A stretch of DNA of 64,000 nucleotides from Candidatus Bilamarchaeaceae archaeon (GTDB lineage: Archaea; Micrarchaeota; Micrarchaeia; Anstonellales; Bilamarchaeaceae). Position 1 is the stretch's first letter, and every line of letters starts with the position of its first letter. Under the pieces are notes generated by a model. That model was not told where the DNA came from, did not search any database, and saw nothing but the letters and a program-made list of their open reading frames with translations. Where the stretch lies: NCBI GenBank assembly GCA_038851325.1, contig JAWCKZ010000001.1:35769-99768 (forward strand), given 5' to 3'. The position numbers and the translations under genes are program-made. Below, piece by piece: positions 9,166 to 21,135 of the stretch.

Positions 9166-9741
9166 CTAATCTTGCCATAGAACACTGCAGTGGATGTAGA
9201 ATATGGTATAGCTTGCTCCACCTCTTGTTATACTATATTCTCTATCGTATACGGAGCAACGCTCAAGTTTATTTTTCTGGTTTTTGTAATCATAAAAACT
9301 CATGTTGAAATTACTGTCGTGAACTCCCCATTCTGGAGCTATTGATGAACAATTGCCAAGAAATACGGCAGCTACCTTAACGTTATATGGCACAGTTTTA
9401 TCTGTTCGTTCAAATACGCGAATTCCTACCGCACGAAGGTTTATGGGAAACCGCCCATTGAATAGCACTGCAGAATTTGGAACGGTTAAATTGGTATCTT
9501 TTGGTATTTTATCTAACGGCTGTTCAAGACCACTTAGTGCCCACTTATATGTTCTTATATTGTAATTTCCTTCTAGAGTTTCCTTATAGAATTGTACATT
9601 AAGCTTCTGAATTGCTACGTCCACCACATAAGCAGCGGTGTTTTCCGAGAATTCGTTACTGATGATTGCTGCGCCTACCAAGCCTGCAATAACAAGAAGT
9701 ACAAAAAGTAAACCATCGCTCTCTAAGTCTCCTCTTTTCAT
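9166..9741 (-). CDS. secreted or membrane-anchored protein (191 aa)
   Basis: N-terminus MKRGDLESDGLLFVLLVIAGLV looks like a signal anchor, possibly a class III/pilin-like signal. Cys-containing C-terminal domain. Confidence 0.5.
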   Translation of the reverse strand: MKRGDLESDGLLFVLLVIAGLVGAAIISNEFSENTAAYVVDVAIQKLNVQFYKETLEGNYNIRTYKWALSGLEQPLDKIPKDTNLTVPNSAVLFNGRFPINLRAVGIRVFERTDKTVPYNVKVAAVFLGNCSSIAPEWGVHDSNFNMSFYDYKNQKNKLERCSVYDREYSITRGGASYTIFYIHCSVLWQD

Positions 9742-9760
9742 GCGTTCACCTAGTAGTAGC

Positions 9761-10159
9761 CTACCCTCCTTTCAGCGTTTTGATGGCTGACTCTACCAAT
9801 GATTTTGCTTCCTTTATAAGTTTTTCCGGCGCTGCTTTAAGGCGCTTCGCTACATTTTCAGCTCTTTCTTCTCCGACGAAACCTCTTAAAACAATGCGCG
9901 TTGCTTTAATTACAGCCTCATTGCTCTCCAATGCTTGATGAGTGTAAGCAAGCCATAGGATTTCGTTTATAAGCGCTCTGCCGGTTAATCCCGTGGCTTT
10001 TTCTATCTTTTTATTCCATTCGTTTGAGAACTTGACCACTTCTGGATCTTTTAAAAACTCTTGAAATGTTCCAGTCTTTTTCTTTTCCTCCTCGGGTGCC
10101 TTCTTCACCTCCTCTTTGAAAATAGCAAGCCAGTTGGACAACATGGTCACCACGCTCAT
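9761..10159 (-). CDS. hypothetical protein (132 aa)
   Basis: ORF track. Helical and K/E-rich. Confidence 0.45.
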   Translation of the reverse strand: MSVVTMLSNWLAIFKEEVKKAPEEEKKKTGTFQEFLKDPEVVKFSNEWNKKIEKATGLTGRALINEILWLAYTHQALESNEAVIKATRIVLRGFVGEERAENVAKRLKAAPEKLIKEAKSLVESAIKTLKGG

Positions 10160-10204
10160 TTAACTATCTTAAAATTTATAAAGATTAGTGAGGGTATCTC
10201 ACAT

Positions 10205-11110
10205 ATGAAAGCTATCTGTCCTTTTCTTTTGTGCGCTGTGACTTTGATCCTACTACTTTTCGTTTTTGGATGTGTTGGTATTCCAACAACTCAACCTACC
10301 CAAAAACAAAGCAGTCCTGGCGAAACCGCTTATAATGTTTCCGCAGAAGAAAAACCAGTTGAGATTACAATCAAAGCAAACGAAACAACGAATGAGGAAC
10401 ATGGTGATGCAAAGACCGGACTAGATGGTATAGAGAGTAAAGAGATTTTATTTACGACAAAAGACAAGTGGGTAATATATGGAACGATTTATTATGCAAA
10501 CAAAAGCGATGGTGTCAGACATCCAGATACAGCCATCATCCTTCTTCACGAATTGGGCAAAGATAGAAAAAGTTTTGATGGGATAATCCCACGCCTCCAT
10601 GCCGAATTCCAAACAGCGGACATAGTTGCGCTTGACCTTCGCGGACACGGTAAGAGCACAAATCATGGATATTATACTAATTTCCAAGTTGGCGATTACA
10701 GGTCGATTAAAAACGATGTTATCGCTCTTAAAGAAGAGCTAAAAGTCCTAAGACCTACAATAAAAAAATATTACATTATTGGAGCGAGTATAGGAGGGTC
10801 GGTTGCACTTGATTTAGCAGCAAGCGGTGAAAGCTCCAAAATAATTCTCATCTCTCCTGGATTGGCATACCATGATTATGACATCTCAGAAGCCGGGAAA
10901 AATTACATCCATGAGATTTATATGGCTGTCGGGTCAGATGATCACTATTCGGCAGACTCGGCAAGGCGGTTGTACGACACTTCGCCGTCTGACGCGAAAG
11001 AACTTAAAGTCTACTATGGCATAAACGCTCATGGAACAGATTTGATTGAAGCTACGGCAACTACCAGTCAACCGCTTGAAGAATTAATTGTGAGGTGGCT
11101 AAAGAGGTGA
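10205..11110 (+). CDS. secreted alpha/beta-hydrolase (serine hydrolase)
   Basis: ORF 10061..11110. Start moved to the in-frame MKAICPFLL to avoid overlap with 9761..10159. Signal peptide, GxSxG nucleophile elbow (IIGASIGGSVAL) and …LDLRGHGKS…. Confidence 0.7.
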   Translation: MKAICPFLLCAVTLILLLFVFGCVGIPTTQPTQKQSSPGETAYNVSAEEKPVEITIKANETTNEEHGDAKTGLDGIESKEILFTTKDKWVIYGTIYYANKSDGVRHPDTAIILLHELGKDRKSFDGIIPRLHAEFQTADIVALDLRGHGKSTNHGYYTNFQVGDYRSIKNDVIALKEELKVLRPTIKKYYIIGASIGGSVALDLAASGESSKIILISPGLAYHDYDISEAGKNYIHEIYMAVGSDDHYSADSARRLYDTSPSDAKELKVYYGINAHGTDLIEATATTSQPLEELIVRWLKR

Positions 11111-11115
11111 GATGA

Positions 11116-11517
11116 ATGAGTAACAACGAAGAAGAAGAAATTGTAGTGAGACGACGTGAAAAGAGGGAGCCGCCCATTGAAGATGAACAAGTTGATATAG
11201 AACTTGAACAGAACGAGTCTGGTGCTGATGTTGACAGAATCGCAAATTTTATATGGGAACTCTCTCGAGAGGTTGTCTATCTAGAGGACCTCGTAGAAGG
11301 ATGGGAGAATGCAGATGATGAAAAAGATAAAAGAGAGATAGAAGAAAATTTACCAGACCAGATGGCACTCGTTCTCGACAGGCTAAAGAGGCTTGACGAA
11401 TTTAGGGTTAGATTCGGGAAGGATGCACCATCCGCTGATGAGTATGAGATGGAGCTTCGAGCACGCGCGGAGCGTCTGATTAAAGAAGCGAAGGCAATTT
11501 TGAAAAAAAGCAAGTAG
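11116..11517 (+). CDS. acidic hypothetical protein (133 aa)
   Basis: ORF track. Glu/Asp-rich and helical. Confidence 0.45.
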   Translation: MSNNEEEEIVVRRREKREPPIEDEQVDIELEQNESGADVDRIANFIWELSREVVYLEDLVEGWENADDEKDKREIEENLPDQMALVLDRLKRLDEFRVRFGKDAPSADEYEMELRARAERLIKEAKAILKKSK

Positions 11518-11553
11518 AAGAAAACTTTTAAATCTCGCCTCCTAATTGTCTCC

Positions 11554-13797
11554 ATGAGACTAGTGTTACTTTCCATCTTGGTTGTTTTTCTCTTATTATT
11601 TGGCTGCATCGCTGAAGAGGGGTATTCTGAAATAAAAAAAGAGAGTATAACAAAAAGGCAGATATATGACATCGATGAGGATGGTGTTTGGGATTACGCC
11701 GTGTATACATTCTCCCCTATCAAGATAGAAAAGAAAACAGAAATACAAAGGATAGTCACAATATCAAGAATTCAGCATGCGGTGTATTCTTCCTTCTATG
11801 ACATCACGGATATCGATCTTCTAACTGCAGACGAGAAACTAAACCGCTTTTCTCAGAAGAAGAAGGCGGATGAAAATCTCTGCTTACGAAACATGGGGCT
11901 TATAGGAGTAAGATGTCCGACTGTCGAATCATGCACTTACTTATGCAAAGCAAATTCTGGGAAGTGCAGCGAGGTAGCGGAGTACTACCCTGAAGTAATT
12001 GGGGGAAGTGCACTCTTATACACCACGAGCGGAATTTCTGTGGACCAAATGACAACAAATACGAGAAACCTAATTGTAGAACTCCGTCACGCACCAGAAG
12101 AGCAAAAGAACCTTGTTCTGAGTAATATAGAGAACATAAAAAATGAAATAGCTAATATGAATTCAAACCCGCTTGTGTCCTATCAAGAGTTCGCGCTGTG
12201 CGAACAGAGCAATTATGGAGTTGCAGACCTAAACGCCGCAGCAGCAATAATTGGAAACTACAGCCAAGAAACAATAGGGTATAAATATAACGTTCTCCTT
12301 GTGATAAGGAACACCGACAGCAGCGCCTCAGAAAAGCTTATCGGAGCGGATGTCGAGGATGCCCTACCACCTTCGACTGCGCAGAGCGATATTTCATCTT
12401 ATCAAAGGATAACCACAGAGAAGAGAGAGAAGGTGAGGTGGACACCATCAGGGGTAACTGAGAGGGGCTATGTGCTACATTACTATTTTCAATCAACCAA
12501 AGAACCTGACATTGTCCTACCGATGCTTGCAGTCCCTAATGTAAAAGTTAGGCGCCTTGATTTCACAATGGCAATGCCGATAAATTCTGTTTTTCTCCTG
12601 TTTCTTGGGATAACAAATAATGTTTATTTTGCAGCCGGTATTGCTCTAGGCATTCTATTCGCACTCCTTATTTTTCTTTACACTTTCTTTGTGCTCATAA
12701 TAAAAGTCATAGAGCACAAACTCAGTGGAAAAAGATTTGCTGATGCTGTGCGGAAAGCATTTGGTCGCACAGGTATACGATGGAAACTTGACCTCCCGCT
12801 TGCGGTTATTCTTCTATTAATCGGCTTTTATGTATCCTCTTACATCGCTCCCCCAGCACCGGCCAACATTATAACTATTTTCGATGTTGCCCAAGCACTT
12901 ATAGAACCTGTTGGGTTCATGGGATTTGCGCTCTCTGTAATAGGTGTTGTGCTGCTTTACGATGGAATTGAAAATCTCGCAAAGATAATAACAATAGAAA
13001 GATATTACGGTGCTATTGTACGCGAAGAGAAACTTGATTATATGGGTAACATACGTAGATTGAAGGAGAAGCTTGAGGAATTGAAGAAGCTCGTAGAAGA
13101 GTACAGTAGTGAGGAGTTTGACGTAAGCGCGGAATATGGCATTGCCAGTGCGATATCAACTAAACGGATTGAAATGTTTGAGAAAAAGATGACACCATCT
13201 AATATAGATGCTGTTGAGGAAGCGCTTGGAAAGGTCGAAAGCGCACTTGAAAGTTTGAAGGAGCGAAAGGCTGCGGCAGATGAAAATTGGCCAAAGTGGA
13301 AGGCAACTATAGATGCACTTCTTACCGAAAAAAATGAAGTGACAACGGCCCTTTTGATGGGCATTCCAGCCTCGTTGAGAACCTGGGCGCTGACAAGATA
13401 CGCAAAGGAAAAGGCTGCAGAAGGGGTTGTTTTCGAAAAAGACATCCTGAAGAAAAAGAAAGTAACAATCGATGCGCTTCTTAAAGAGATGGTAAAAAGC
13501 GGTCACTTAAAAGGAGGTATTGTAATAAAGAGCGAGAACGTTGTTGCCTCCTATATGGAAGGTGATAAGAGCCCAACTGTGCATGCTGCTCTTCTTTTTA
13601 GATTAAGAGCATACTTGCACTCACTAGGAAAAACGCTTGCGCTCGGAACACCAGTTAGCTTCGTCTCGGTAGGGGATAAAGCAGTGTTTGTGCTTATGAA
13701 GACAATGGAGTATGAATGCGGGTTGTTTGTTCAGCGCGATGTGTTCAAGGAAGCAATCGAAAAATGGAGAACTAAGATAAAAACTGTTACGGAATAA
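11554..13797 (+). CDS. large membrane protein (747 aa): signal/lipobox-like N-terminus, central TM segments, C-terminal coiled coil
   Basis: MRLVLLSILVVFLLLFGC… is followed by a Cys-containing domain. Hydrophobic block around residues 330-470. C-terminal heptad-like K/E-rich region. Confidence 0.55.
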   Translation: MRLVLLSILVVFLLLFGCIAEEGYSEIKKESITKRQIYDIDEDGVWDYAVYTFSPIKIEKKTEIQRIVTISRIQHAVYSSFYDITDIDLLTADEKLNRFSQKKKADENLCLRNMGLIGVRCPTVESCTYLCKANSGKCSEVAEYYPEVIGGSALLYTTSGISVDQMTTNTRNLIVELRHAPEEQKNLVLSNIENIKNEIANMNSNPLVSYQEFALCEQSNYGVADLNAAAAIIGNYSQETIGYKYNVLLVIRNTDSSASEKLIGADVEDALPPSTAQSDISSYQRITTEKREKVRWTPSGVTERGYVLHYYFQSTKEPDIVLPMLAVPNVKVRRLDFTMAMPINSVFLLFLGITNNVYFAAGIALGILFALLIFLYTFFVLIIKVIEHKLSGKRFADAVRKAFGRTGIRWKLDLPLAVILLLIGFYVSSYIAPPAPANIITIFDVAQALIEPVGFMGFALSVIGVVLLYDGIENLAKIITIERYYGAIVREEKLDYMGNIRRLKEKLEELKKLVEEYSSEEFDVSAEYGIASAISTKRIEMFEKKMTPSNIDAVEEALGKVESALESLKERKAAADENWPKWKATIDALLTEKNEVTTALLMGIPASLRTWALTRYAKEKAAEGVVFEKDILKKKKVTIDALLKEMVKSGHLKGGIVIKSENVVASYMEGDKSPTVHAALLFRLRAYLHSLGKTLALGTPVSFVSVGDKAVFVLMKTMEYECGLFVQRDVFKEAIEKWRTKIKTVTE

Positions 13798-13937
13798 TGG
13801 GATTGAAAGTGCTTTGCAGAAAATAGAATTAAACCTGCTAAAATCCTTTAAAACAGCGAAAAAACATACTAATTTAAAGGCTTTGAAATAATATATTAAT
13901 GGCATAGTTATCGACGTAAAAACCTATTCGAAAACAT

Positions 13938-15860
13938 ATGGTTTTAGTGTCTAGTATCAGTGGTTGTCTTATGAAACCGGAAGAGGAGTATACTGCAAAG
14001 GAAATTCAGATTCTGGAGGGTTTAGAGGCAGTGCGAAAAAGGCCTGCAATGTACATTGGAGATACTGGCAAAAGGGGGTTCCACCACCTACTTTTTGAAG
14101 TGCTTGATAACAGCATCGATGAAGCGCTTGCAGGATACTGTAAAAACATCGAGGTAACTATATACAGGGATGGGTCTGCGTCTGTTGCTGATGATGGCCG
14201 CGGGATACCGGTCGAGATGCACGAGAGCGGTAAGTCGGCACTTGAGGTTGTTACCACTATATTGCACGCAGGCGGAAAGTTTGAAAAAAAAGCGTACAGA
14301 ATAAGCGGGGGGCTTCACGGGGTTGGTATTTCAGTTGTCAATGCACTCAGCGAAAGAATGGAGGTCGAGGTCCATAGAGGGGGAAAGGTGCACGTCCAAG
14401 GGTATGCGCGGGGAAAACCGACCTCTGATGTCAGAGTCGTAGGTGAAACAAACAAACGCGGAACCGTGGTACGTTTTAAACCAGACCCAACAATATTTGG
14501 CGGGATACAGTTCGACTTCGACTACTTAAAGGAAAGGTTAATGGAGCTTGCTTATCTAAACGCTGGCTTACGTATCGTTTTTGTTGATGAGAGAGTCGGA
14601 ACTACAGAAACATTTTATTACGAAGGAGGAATAAAAGAGTTTGTAGAGCATCTCAATAGAGCAAAGACAAAACTCCATTCAGTAATCCATTACAAAAAAA
14701 CAGAAGACAGTGTAGAGATAGAATACGCACTCCAATACACAAACAGCTATACAGAAATGATGTATTCTTTTGTGAATAATATCCACACCATAGAAGGCGG
14801 AACACATCTATCTGGTTTTAAAGCTGCGCTGACTAGAGCAATTAATGAGTATGTGAGTTCGAGAGGGCTCGCGAAGAGCGAGAGCAAGATAAAAGGGGAA
14901 GACGTTCTTGAGGGGCTTACTGCTGTGCTCAATCTCAGGATTCCGGAGCCGCAATTCGAAGGCCAGACAAAAACGAAGCTCGGAAACAGCGAGATAAAAG
15001 GTGTGGTCGATAGTTTTGTTTACGAGTCTCTCACTCGCTATTTTGAAGAGCATCCCGACGACTCCAAAGCAATAATAACAAAGGTCCTAAGCTCAATGGA
15101 AGCACGAGAGGCGGCTCAGAAGGCAAAGGAATTGATAAGAAGGAAGAGTGTTTTCGAATCAAGTATTCTTCCAGGAAAGTTGGCTGATTGCACAGAGTCG
15201 GATCCTGCGAAGGCAGAGCTTTTCCTTGTTGAAGGCGAAAGTGCTGGAGGGAGCTCAAAGCAAGCGAGGGATAGAAGGCATCAAGCAATTCTTCCACTGC
15301 GTGGAAAGATACTGAACATCGAGAAAGCACCGCTCCATCGCGCGCTTGCAAACGAGGAAATAAAAGCAATAGCACTTGCGCTGGGCGCTGGTTTTAAAGA
15401 AGAGTTTGATCTAAGTAAACTCCGCTATCATAAATGCATAATAATGACGGATGCTGACGTCGATGGAAGCCACATAAGAACGCTGTTGCTTACTCTTTTC
15501 TATCGCTATTTCCGACCACTAATCGAGAAAGGCCACCTTTACATCGCTCAGCCCCCGCTGTATAGAATTAAGAGAGGAAAGACAGTTGTGTATGCGTACA
15601 GCGATGACGAACTTCAGAGGATATTGAGAGAGGGTGGGGAGGGCGCTGAGATACAAAGATATAAAGGTCTTGGTGAGATGAACCCAGAACAGCTATGGGA
15701 GACGACCATGGACCCTGCTCGACGGACCCTCAAACAAGTAACGATAAAGGATGCGATGCTGGCTGATGAACTTTTCTCAGTTCTAATGGGCGCCGAGGTT
15801 GAGCCGAGAAGGGAATTCATAGAGAAGCATGCAGCAGAGGTAAAGAATCTCGATATATAA
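13938..15860 (+). CDS. gyrB: DNA gyrase subunit B
   Basis: GHKL ATPase motifs (…[10 protein letters not shown]…, …GLHGVG…), Toprim (…[13 protein letters not shown]…, …[13 protein letters not shown]…) and the C-terminal QRYKGLGEM. The true start may be the internal MKPEEEY. Confidence 0.95.
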   Translation: MVLVSSISGCLMKPEEEYTAKEIQILEGLEAVRKRPAMYIGDTGKRGFHHLLFEVLDNSIDEALAGYCKNIEVTIYRDGSASVADDGRGIPVEMHESGKSALEVVTTILHAGGKFEKKAYRISGGLHGVGISVVNALSERMEVEVHRGGKVHVQGYARGKPTSDVRVVGETNKRGTVVRFKPDPTIFGGIQFDFDYLKERLMELAYLNAGLRIVFVDERVGTTETFYYEGGIKEFVEHLNRAKTKLHSVIHYKKTEDSVEIEYALQYTNSYTEMMYSFVNNIHTIEGGTHLSGFKAALTRAINEYVSSRGLAKSESKIKGEDVLEGLTAVLNLRIPEPQFEGQTKTKLGNSEIKGVVDSFVYESLTRYFEEHPDDSKAIITKVLSSMEAREAAQKAKELIRRKSVFESSILPGKLADCTESDPAKAELFLVEGESAGGSSKQARDRRHQAILPLRGKILNIEKAPLHRALANEEIKAIALALGAGFKEEFDLSKLRYHKCIIMTDADVDGSHIRTLLLTLFYRYFRPLIEKGHLYIAQPPLYRIKRGKTVVYAYSDDELQRILREGGEGAEIQRYKGLGEMNPEQLWETTMDPARRTLKQVTIKDAMLADELFSVLMGAEVEPRREFIEKHAAEVKNLDI

Positions 15861-15870
15861 AGGTGAACAA

Positions 15871-18318
15871 ATGGCAGAGACCATTATGCCTAGGACAATC
15901 GAAGAAGATATGCGCGAGTCGTATTTAGATTATTCCATGAGTGTAATCGTTGGAAGAGCATTGCCTGACATCAGAGACGGGCTAAAGCCGGTTCATCGCA
16001 GGATTCTTTATGGAATGTACCAACTTGGAAACTATCACAATAAGCCGTTCAAAAAAAGCGCAAGAATCGTCGGTGAGATATTAGGAAAATTTCATCCTCA
16101 CGGAGATGCGGCGGTATATGATGCGCTCGTCCGCCTAGCGCAGGACTTTTCTCTCAGATATCCGCTGGTGGATGGCCAGGGTAACATGGGTTCGCTTGAT
16201 GGAGACCCGCCCGCTGCGCAACGTTATACCGAAGTGCGCATGGCGAGAATAGCAGAGGAAATGCTTGAGGAAATAGAAAAGGATACTGTGGACTTCGTCC
16301 CAAATTTTGATGGAACCTTAAAAGAACCAACCGTGCTCCCATCAAAAATACCGAATCTTTTGATCAACGGTTCCTCTGGAATAGCAGTTGGAATGGCAAC
16401 GAGCATCCCGCCCCACAATGTCAGCGAGATTATAGATGCCATCATCGCAGTTATAGATGGCGCGGACCAAGAAACTGTTTTAAACATTGTACGCGGCCCT
16501 GATTTTCCAACAGGCGGGATAATAGTCGGGAGAGCGGGGATACACCAGGCATACAGGACAGGAAAAGGAACAATTAGAGTAAGAGGAAAAACTGAAATAG
16601 ACCAGGAGAAGAATGCGATAGTAATAACTGAAATACCATATCAGATGACAAAAACAGCGCTCATAGAAGGAATAGTAGAAGCAGTTAAAGCAAAAAAGGT
16701 AGAAGGAATTGCAGGAATAAATGATTACTCCGATAAGAAAGGTCTTGCAATTACAATAGGATTAAAGAAAGGGGTTGATCCAAATGTTGTTCTTAATCAA
16801 CTTCACGCCCATACCCCGCTTGAGAGCACGTATGGGATAATAAACCTCGCACTTGTTGGGAAAAGGCCAAAACTGCTCGATCTCTATTCAATGATAAACG
16901 AGTTTGTAGAATTCAGAAAAGAGGTAGTAAGAAGAAGATGTGTATTTGAATTGAAAGAAGCAGAGGAAAGAGCGCACATACTTGAAGGGTTGCGCGTAGC
17001 ACTTGAGCACATTGACCCGATTGTTGCCTTCCTCAAAAAGTCGAGAGACGTGAATGAAGCACGCGCTGTGCTCATGAAGACCTATTCTCTCAGTGAAAAA
17101 CAGGCAAATGCTATCTTAGACATGAAACTACAGAGATTAACAGGACTCGAGAGAGAGAAGATAGAGCAGGAGTTCTCTGCCTTGCAGGAAAAGATAAAGT
17201 GGTTGAAAGAAGTCTTGGGCGATGTAAAACGGATACTTGAGATAATAAAAAAAGAGCTTCTAGAATTAAAGAGCAGATATGGTGATGAGAGAAGAACCAA
17301 AATCGTGGAAGCAGAAGAAGAAACTGTAACGGAGGCGCTTGTGCCAAATAAAGAGGTAGTTGTAGTGATAACAAATAAAGGGTATGTAAAGCGCGTTGAC
17401 TTAAATGAATACAGGGCGCAACGAAGGGGCGGCAGAGGGGTAATAGGTGCAGAGACACATGAGGATGATTTTGTAAGGGACATCATAACAACAAAAAACC
17501 ATAATTATATCATGTTCTTCACTGACAAAGGACGTGTCCACTGGCTCAAGGTATACCAGATCCCAGAAAGTGGGAGGTATGCCACTGGCAGGATGATAGT
17601 CAACCTGTTAGACTTGAAAGATGAGAGCATAACATCATGGATAAGCGTACCGCAATTCAGTCCAAATGAATTCCTTTTAATGGTCACAAAAAACGGAATT
17701 GTGAAAAGGATATCATTAGATAATTTCAGCAAACCGAGAAAAGGAGGGATAATCGCTATAACGCTAAAAGAGGGAGATATTTTAAAAGATGTCATAAAGA
17801 CGACTGGAAACGATGATATTCTTATAGCAACAAAAACTGGGCAGGCGATCAGGTTCAAAGAAACAGATGCACGTGAGATAGGAAGAACAGCACAAGGTGT
17901 AATAGGGATAAGGTTAAGAGAAGGGGATGAGGTCATCGGAGCTGCTGCTTGCAGAAAGCCAACACTACTTACAATAACGGAAAATGGATATGGAAAAAGA
18001 ACAGATATAGGTGAGTATCGTTTGCAGGGCAGAGGAGGACATGGTGTGATAAATATAAAGACAGAGGGAAGAAATGGAATGGTAGTTGGGGTAGCCGCTG
18101 TTAGCGACAGTGACGAAATAATAGTAATTTGTTCAAAGGGAAAAAGCATAAGAGTGCCCGTGGCTGACATTTCTGTCATCGGAAGAAACACGCAGGGAGT
18201 TCGAATAATAAGACTTGAGGAAGATGAAAAGGTATCGAGCTTCGCTGTCGTTGCAAACGAACATGAAGGCGAACATGAAGAGGAGCAACCTATAGAAAGC
18301 CAGAAAGCCCAGGCTTAA
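15871..18318 (+). CDS. gyrA: DNA gyrase subunit A
   Basis: …[12 protein letters not shown]…, active-site Tyr region …[11 protein letters not shown]…, C-terminal beta-pinwheel repeats. Directly downstream of gyrB. Confidence 0.95.
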   Translation: MAETIMPRTIEEDMRESYLDYSMSVIVGRALPDIRDGLKPVHRRILYGMYQLGNYHNKPFKKSARIVGEILGKFHPHGDAAVYDALVRLAQDFSLRYPLVDGQGNMGSLDGDPPAAQRYTEVRMARIAEEMLEEIEKDTVDFVPNFDGTLKEPTVLPSKIPNLLINGSSGIAVGMATSIPPHNVSEIIDAIIAVIDGADQETVLNIVRGPDFPTGGIIVGRAGIHQAYRTGKGTIRVRGKTEIDQEKNAIVITEIPYQMTKTALIEGIVEAVKAKKVEGIAGINDYSDKKGLAITIGLKKGVDPNVVLNQLHAHTPLESTYGIINLALVGKRPKLLDLYSMINEFVEFRKEVVRRRCVFELKEAEERAHILEGLRVALEHIDPIVAFLKKSRDVNEARAVLMKTYSLSEKQANAILDMKLQRLTGLEREKIEQEFSALQEKIKWLKEVLGDVKRILEIIKKELLELKSRYGDERRTKIVEAEEETVTEALVPNKEVVVVITNKGYVKRVDLNEYRAQRRGGRGVIGAETHEDDFVRDIITTKNHNYIMFFTDKGRVHWLKVYQIPESGRYATGRMIVNLLDLKDESITSWISVPQFSPNEFLLMVTKNGIVKRISLDNFSKPRKGGIIAITLKEGDILKDVIKTTGNDDILIATKTGQAIRFKETDAREIGRTAQGVIGIRLREGDEVIGAAACRKPTLLTITENGYGKRTDIGEYRLQGRGGHGVINIKTEGRNGMVVGVAAVSDSDEIIVICSKGKSIRVPVADISVIGRNTQGVRIIRLEEDEKVSSFAVVANEHEGEHEEEQPIESQKAQA

Positions 18319-19081
18319 TCCGCAGTCCATCTCTTGCAGCTATGGTTCTTATCCCAGTCGCATTTTCTATTATTCTCGCCTGATTCTCAGGCCCTGCTCT
18401 TAGCATGGAAAGACCAAAATGGCTTATGATAGCAGTCTTTGGCTTTGCCTCTTTTAGTATCTCTATTCCATGCGCGGTCTCGAGATGGTCTGGTATGCCA
18501 TCAAATTCTGGCTTTAGCACGTTTATAATAAGATAATCGCAATTTTTGAAGAGCTTTGGGAGTGCACCAAAGAATTCTGTATCGCTAGTATAACCAACTG
18601 TTATGTTCTCGATTTTTAATTTAAAACCGAAGGCTGTTGGTTCGTCATGTTTTATTTTTACGAATTCCATTTCAAACTCTCCTTTTTTTGTTTTGAATGT
18701 TTTCCTTTCTAAATCATTTTCAAGCTTAGGTGCATAAACCTCTTCGCAGCGCCCAAGATGATATTTTGTTATATACCTCTCGCTGCCCTCGATAACATCT
18801 CTGCTTCCTATGAGTATCCCTTTCTTCTTAAGCGCATAATTACTCATTGCCTCTATCATGACATTCGCATCATTGCAATGGTCTATATGCCCGTGCGTTA
18901 CTATTATTCCGTCTAGCTTTAACGGATTTTCTTTCATTTGATTGCTGCGCAGGAGCGCCCCAGGCCCGGGATCGACATGAATGTTTGCCGCGGTCGAGTT
19001 TATTCTGAAGCCTCCTGTCCACCGAACTTGTCTTATCAGGTTTATCCTTCCACCACCAGTCCCAAGAAAGACTATCTCCAT
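18290..19081 (-). CDS. metallo-beta-lactamase-fold hydrolase
   Basis: ORF 18290..19144 with start at the internal [11 protein letters not shown]. HxHxDH motif ([12 protein letters not shown]). Confidence 0.7.
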   Translation of the reverse strand: MEIVFLGTGGGRINLIRQVRWTGGFRINSTAANIHVDPGPGALLRSNQMKENPLKLDGIIVTHGHIDHCNDANVMIEAMSNYALKKKGILIGSRDVIEGSERYITKYHLGRCEEVYAPKLENDLERKTFKTKKGEFEMEFVKIKHDEPTAFGFKLKIENITVGYTSDTEFFGALPKLFKNCDYLIINVLKPEFDGIPDHLETAHGIEILKEAKPKTAIISHFGLSMLRAGPENQARIIENATGIRTIAARDGLRIKPGLSGFL

Positions 19082-19097
19082 ACCGCACAAACTCCTA

Positions 19098-19643
19098 TTA
19101 TGGCTGCGCTTCTCTCCTACTTCTTGCATCATCAACGATGGCAAGCCAGGAATCGCTTATCTTCATTAAGTAGTTTCCGAATGTTTTGCTCAAGCTTATG
19201 CGCATCGGTCTAAATTTTCGTTTACTCTCGAGCGCAACGACTGTTTCTCGTTCTATCTTTATCATTCCAACACGTCTAAGCCTCGGAAGAACACGGTTAT
19301 AGAACGTAGCTTTTGAAATATTCTTTTCTGATATGAACGCTGCTAGGTCTCTTCCTTCAAGATTAGCCCTGGCTGTGAGCAAAGTCATAAAATCAGTAGC
19401 AATCTGGTGATACCGTTCTTGATATTTTTTTGGAAAAACAAAGTTCAACACTTCATCAAGGTTCCAAAGATTTTTGGTTGGGCTTTCGGATTCATCTTGA
19501 AATTTTCTTACATCTGAGTATGGTGGGAAGTATAAGGATTCTGAAGATGGAATTCCTCTTGAGGCAATTCCTTTATAGATAGGGGTTCTCTGTTCGGACT
19601 CGTTTGAAGGTTCGCTCAAAATCTCACCCGAAGATTGAACCAA
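19098..19643 (-). CDS. hypothetical protein (181 aa)
   Basis: ORF track only. Confidence 0.4.
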   Translation of the reverse strand: MVQSSGEILSEPSNESEQRTPIYKGIASRGIPSSESLYFPPYSDVRKFQDESESPTKNLWNLDEVLNFVFPKKYQERYHQIATDFMTLLTARANLEGRDLAAFISEKNISKATFYNRVLPRLRRVGMIKIERETVVALESKRKFRPMRISLSKTFGNYLMKISDSWLAIVDDARSRREAQP

Positions 19644-19932
19644 GTCCGGACTCTGCAGATTCCTCCTCGCTCTTTATTTTTTCTATTACCCTCTTCTCTT
19701 TTTCGCCTGTAAGCGGCTGCGCGATTTCTTTCAACCTTTCATCCGCTTTTTTAATGAAATCCGGCTGAGCTGAAAGATAAACATAAATCACATCCTTGCT
19801 CTCGCCGAGAGAAGCGCCGTCACGCATGCGATAACCGATTCGCGCAAAGCTATCTTGCGCGTAAGGGTCTGCCTCAAGAATCTTTTTTAGTTCACCTTTT
19901 TTTGCTTGTTGCACCTCGTATACTCTTTCCAT
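19624..19932 (-). CDS. hypothetical protein (about 103 aa from the internal Met MERVYEV…)
   Basis: ORF 19624..20043 trimmed to the internal Met. The longer form would overlap the upstream membrane protein by about 100 nt. Confidence 0.4.
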   Translation of the reverse strand: MERVYEVQQAKKGELKKILEADPYAQDSFARIGYRMRDGASLGESKDVIYVYLSAQPDFIKKADERLKEIAQPLTGEKEKRVIEKIKSEEESAESGLGSIFG

Positions 19933-19940
19933 GCAAACAC

Positions 19941-20675
19941 CTACTTCGTTTCCAGAACCATTTCTATAAGCGCAGCATATGCTATTGGAAAGGTGCAGAA
20001 TAGAGAAATGAATTGTACTATTGGAATGAGATTTAGAACCCATGCAAGCGAAAAGAGCGCAAACGTTATAAGAAAATAGATGTGTCTTTTCGTTATGAGA
20101 ACATAAATCATCCTAAAAGCCTCGAAAGTGCTTTTCTCTCCAAGACCGCAAGTTATTATTGCAGGCATAGCAATAAGGCGCATCAGAAACACGACCCCTA
20201 ACGCATAAACCGCAAACAATACATCCACATACTCGTATTCAAACCAGCCTAGGTAGTAGAGCAAACCGCCCACACCTCCAACAGCCAGAGCGGTGAACAC
20301 CTCGCGCATGAGGGTTATTCCAAACATAACTGGGGCTTTGCTCAAAAGGTAGTTATAGAAATCGAGAAGGCTGGTCTTCGCACTTCGCATCGCATTTTTA
20401 TATACCAAGACCATCGCTGCCGTAATGCCACCAGTAAAATACACAAGATATATGAAAAGAATTAGACCAAGCCCGATCACAACAGGGGAGTCATATGTCA
20501 ACGGATAATCGGCAAGGAACGATATTATGAGCGTAAGCATCACAATCCCAAGCGCCGAAAGAAAAAATAAAAGGATAAAAAAAACATAGAGGACAGAGCC
20601 CCACATAAAAAGGAATGGTTTATCAGTATAGAGAGCGAATGCCTTACTTAACTCTCGCATTAAACCCCACCTCAT
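19941..20675 (-). CDS. polytopic membrane protein (244 aa)
   Basis: At least six hydrophobic helices. Confidence 0.55.
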   Translation of the reverse strand: MRWGLMRELSKAFALYTDKPFLFMWGSVLYVFFILLFFLSALGIVMLTLIISFLADYPLTYDSPVVIGLGLILFIYLVYFTGGITAAMVLVYKNAMRSAKTSLLDFYNYLLSKAPVMFGITLMREVFTALAVGGVGGLLYYLGWFEYEYVDVLFAVYALGVVFLMRLIAMPAIITCGLGEKSTFEAFRMIYVLITKRHIYFLITFALFSLAWVLNLIPIVQFISLFCTFPIAYAALIEMVLETK

Positions 20676-21070
20676 TTCTTTTTAACAACTACTGGTGGCG
20701 GCGCTATATGGGGCGGAAGATTAAATATCCTCAAAATAAAAAGTGCGTTATAACTTACGAACGGGTTTATTGCATTTAATATAGTTGCACCAGTTTCTTC
20801 ATCTAGCCTATGCTTTTCCTTCCACATCTTTATTATCTTATCCAGCTCTTCGGGCGCCTCTGTTATAAGCGCATCACCGGTAAGCTGAAGAACGGCAGTA
20901 TTTGGAGCATAGCTAACGGTGTAGGTAAAGCCGACATTAGCCACGCCGAGCTGCTCCTTTGCCCTTGTTATCTTATCTATCTTAAGGTCGATTGTTATTC
21001 CTTTTGGCGGAACGTCCTCTTTTATCTTAACTGTTCCCTCGTTCAGCTTTATTCCAATAAGCCCTATCAT
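20672..21070 (-). CDS. hypothetical protein (132 aa); paralog of 8774..9160
   Basis: See 8774..9160. 4-nt overlap with the downstream membrane protein. Confidence 0.5.
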   Translation of the reverse strand: MIGLIGIKLNEGTVKIKEDVPPKGITIDLKIDKITRAKEQLGVANVGFTYTVSYAPNTAVLQLTGDALITEAPEELDKIIKMWKEKHRLDEETGATILNAINPFVSYNALFILRIFNLPPHIAPPPVVVKKK

Positions 21071-21135
21071 ACCTTCACCTTTTACGATCTGTTCTATGAT
21101 GGAGACTGATATTTAAAAGGGTTTCTCTGAGCTAT

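Noticed and set aside
16154-18330. Long minus-strand ORFs inside gyrA (e.g. 17505..18191, 228 aa; 17082..17486) and inside rad50, the thermosome and GlyRS on the opposite strand.
   Set aside because: All lie entirely within strongly supported genes on the other strand. They are low-complexity (Ser/Leu/Phe-rich) and show no motifs, so they are antisense artefacts.
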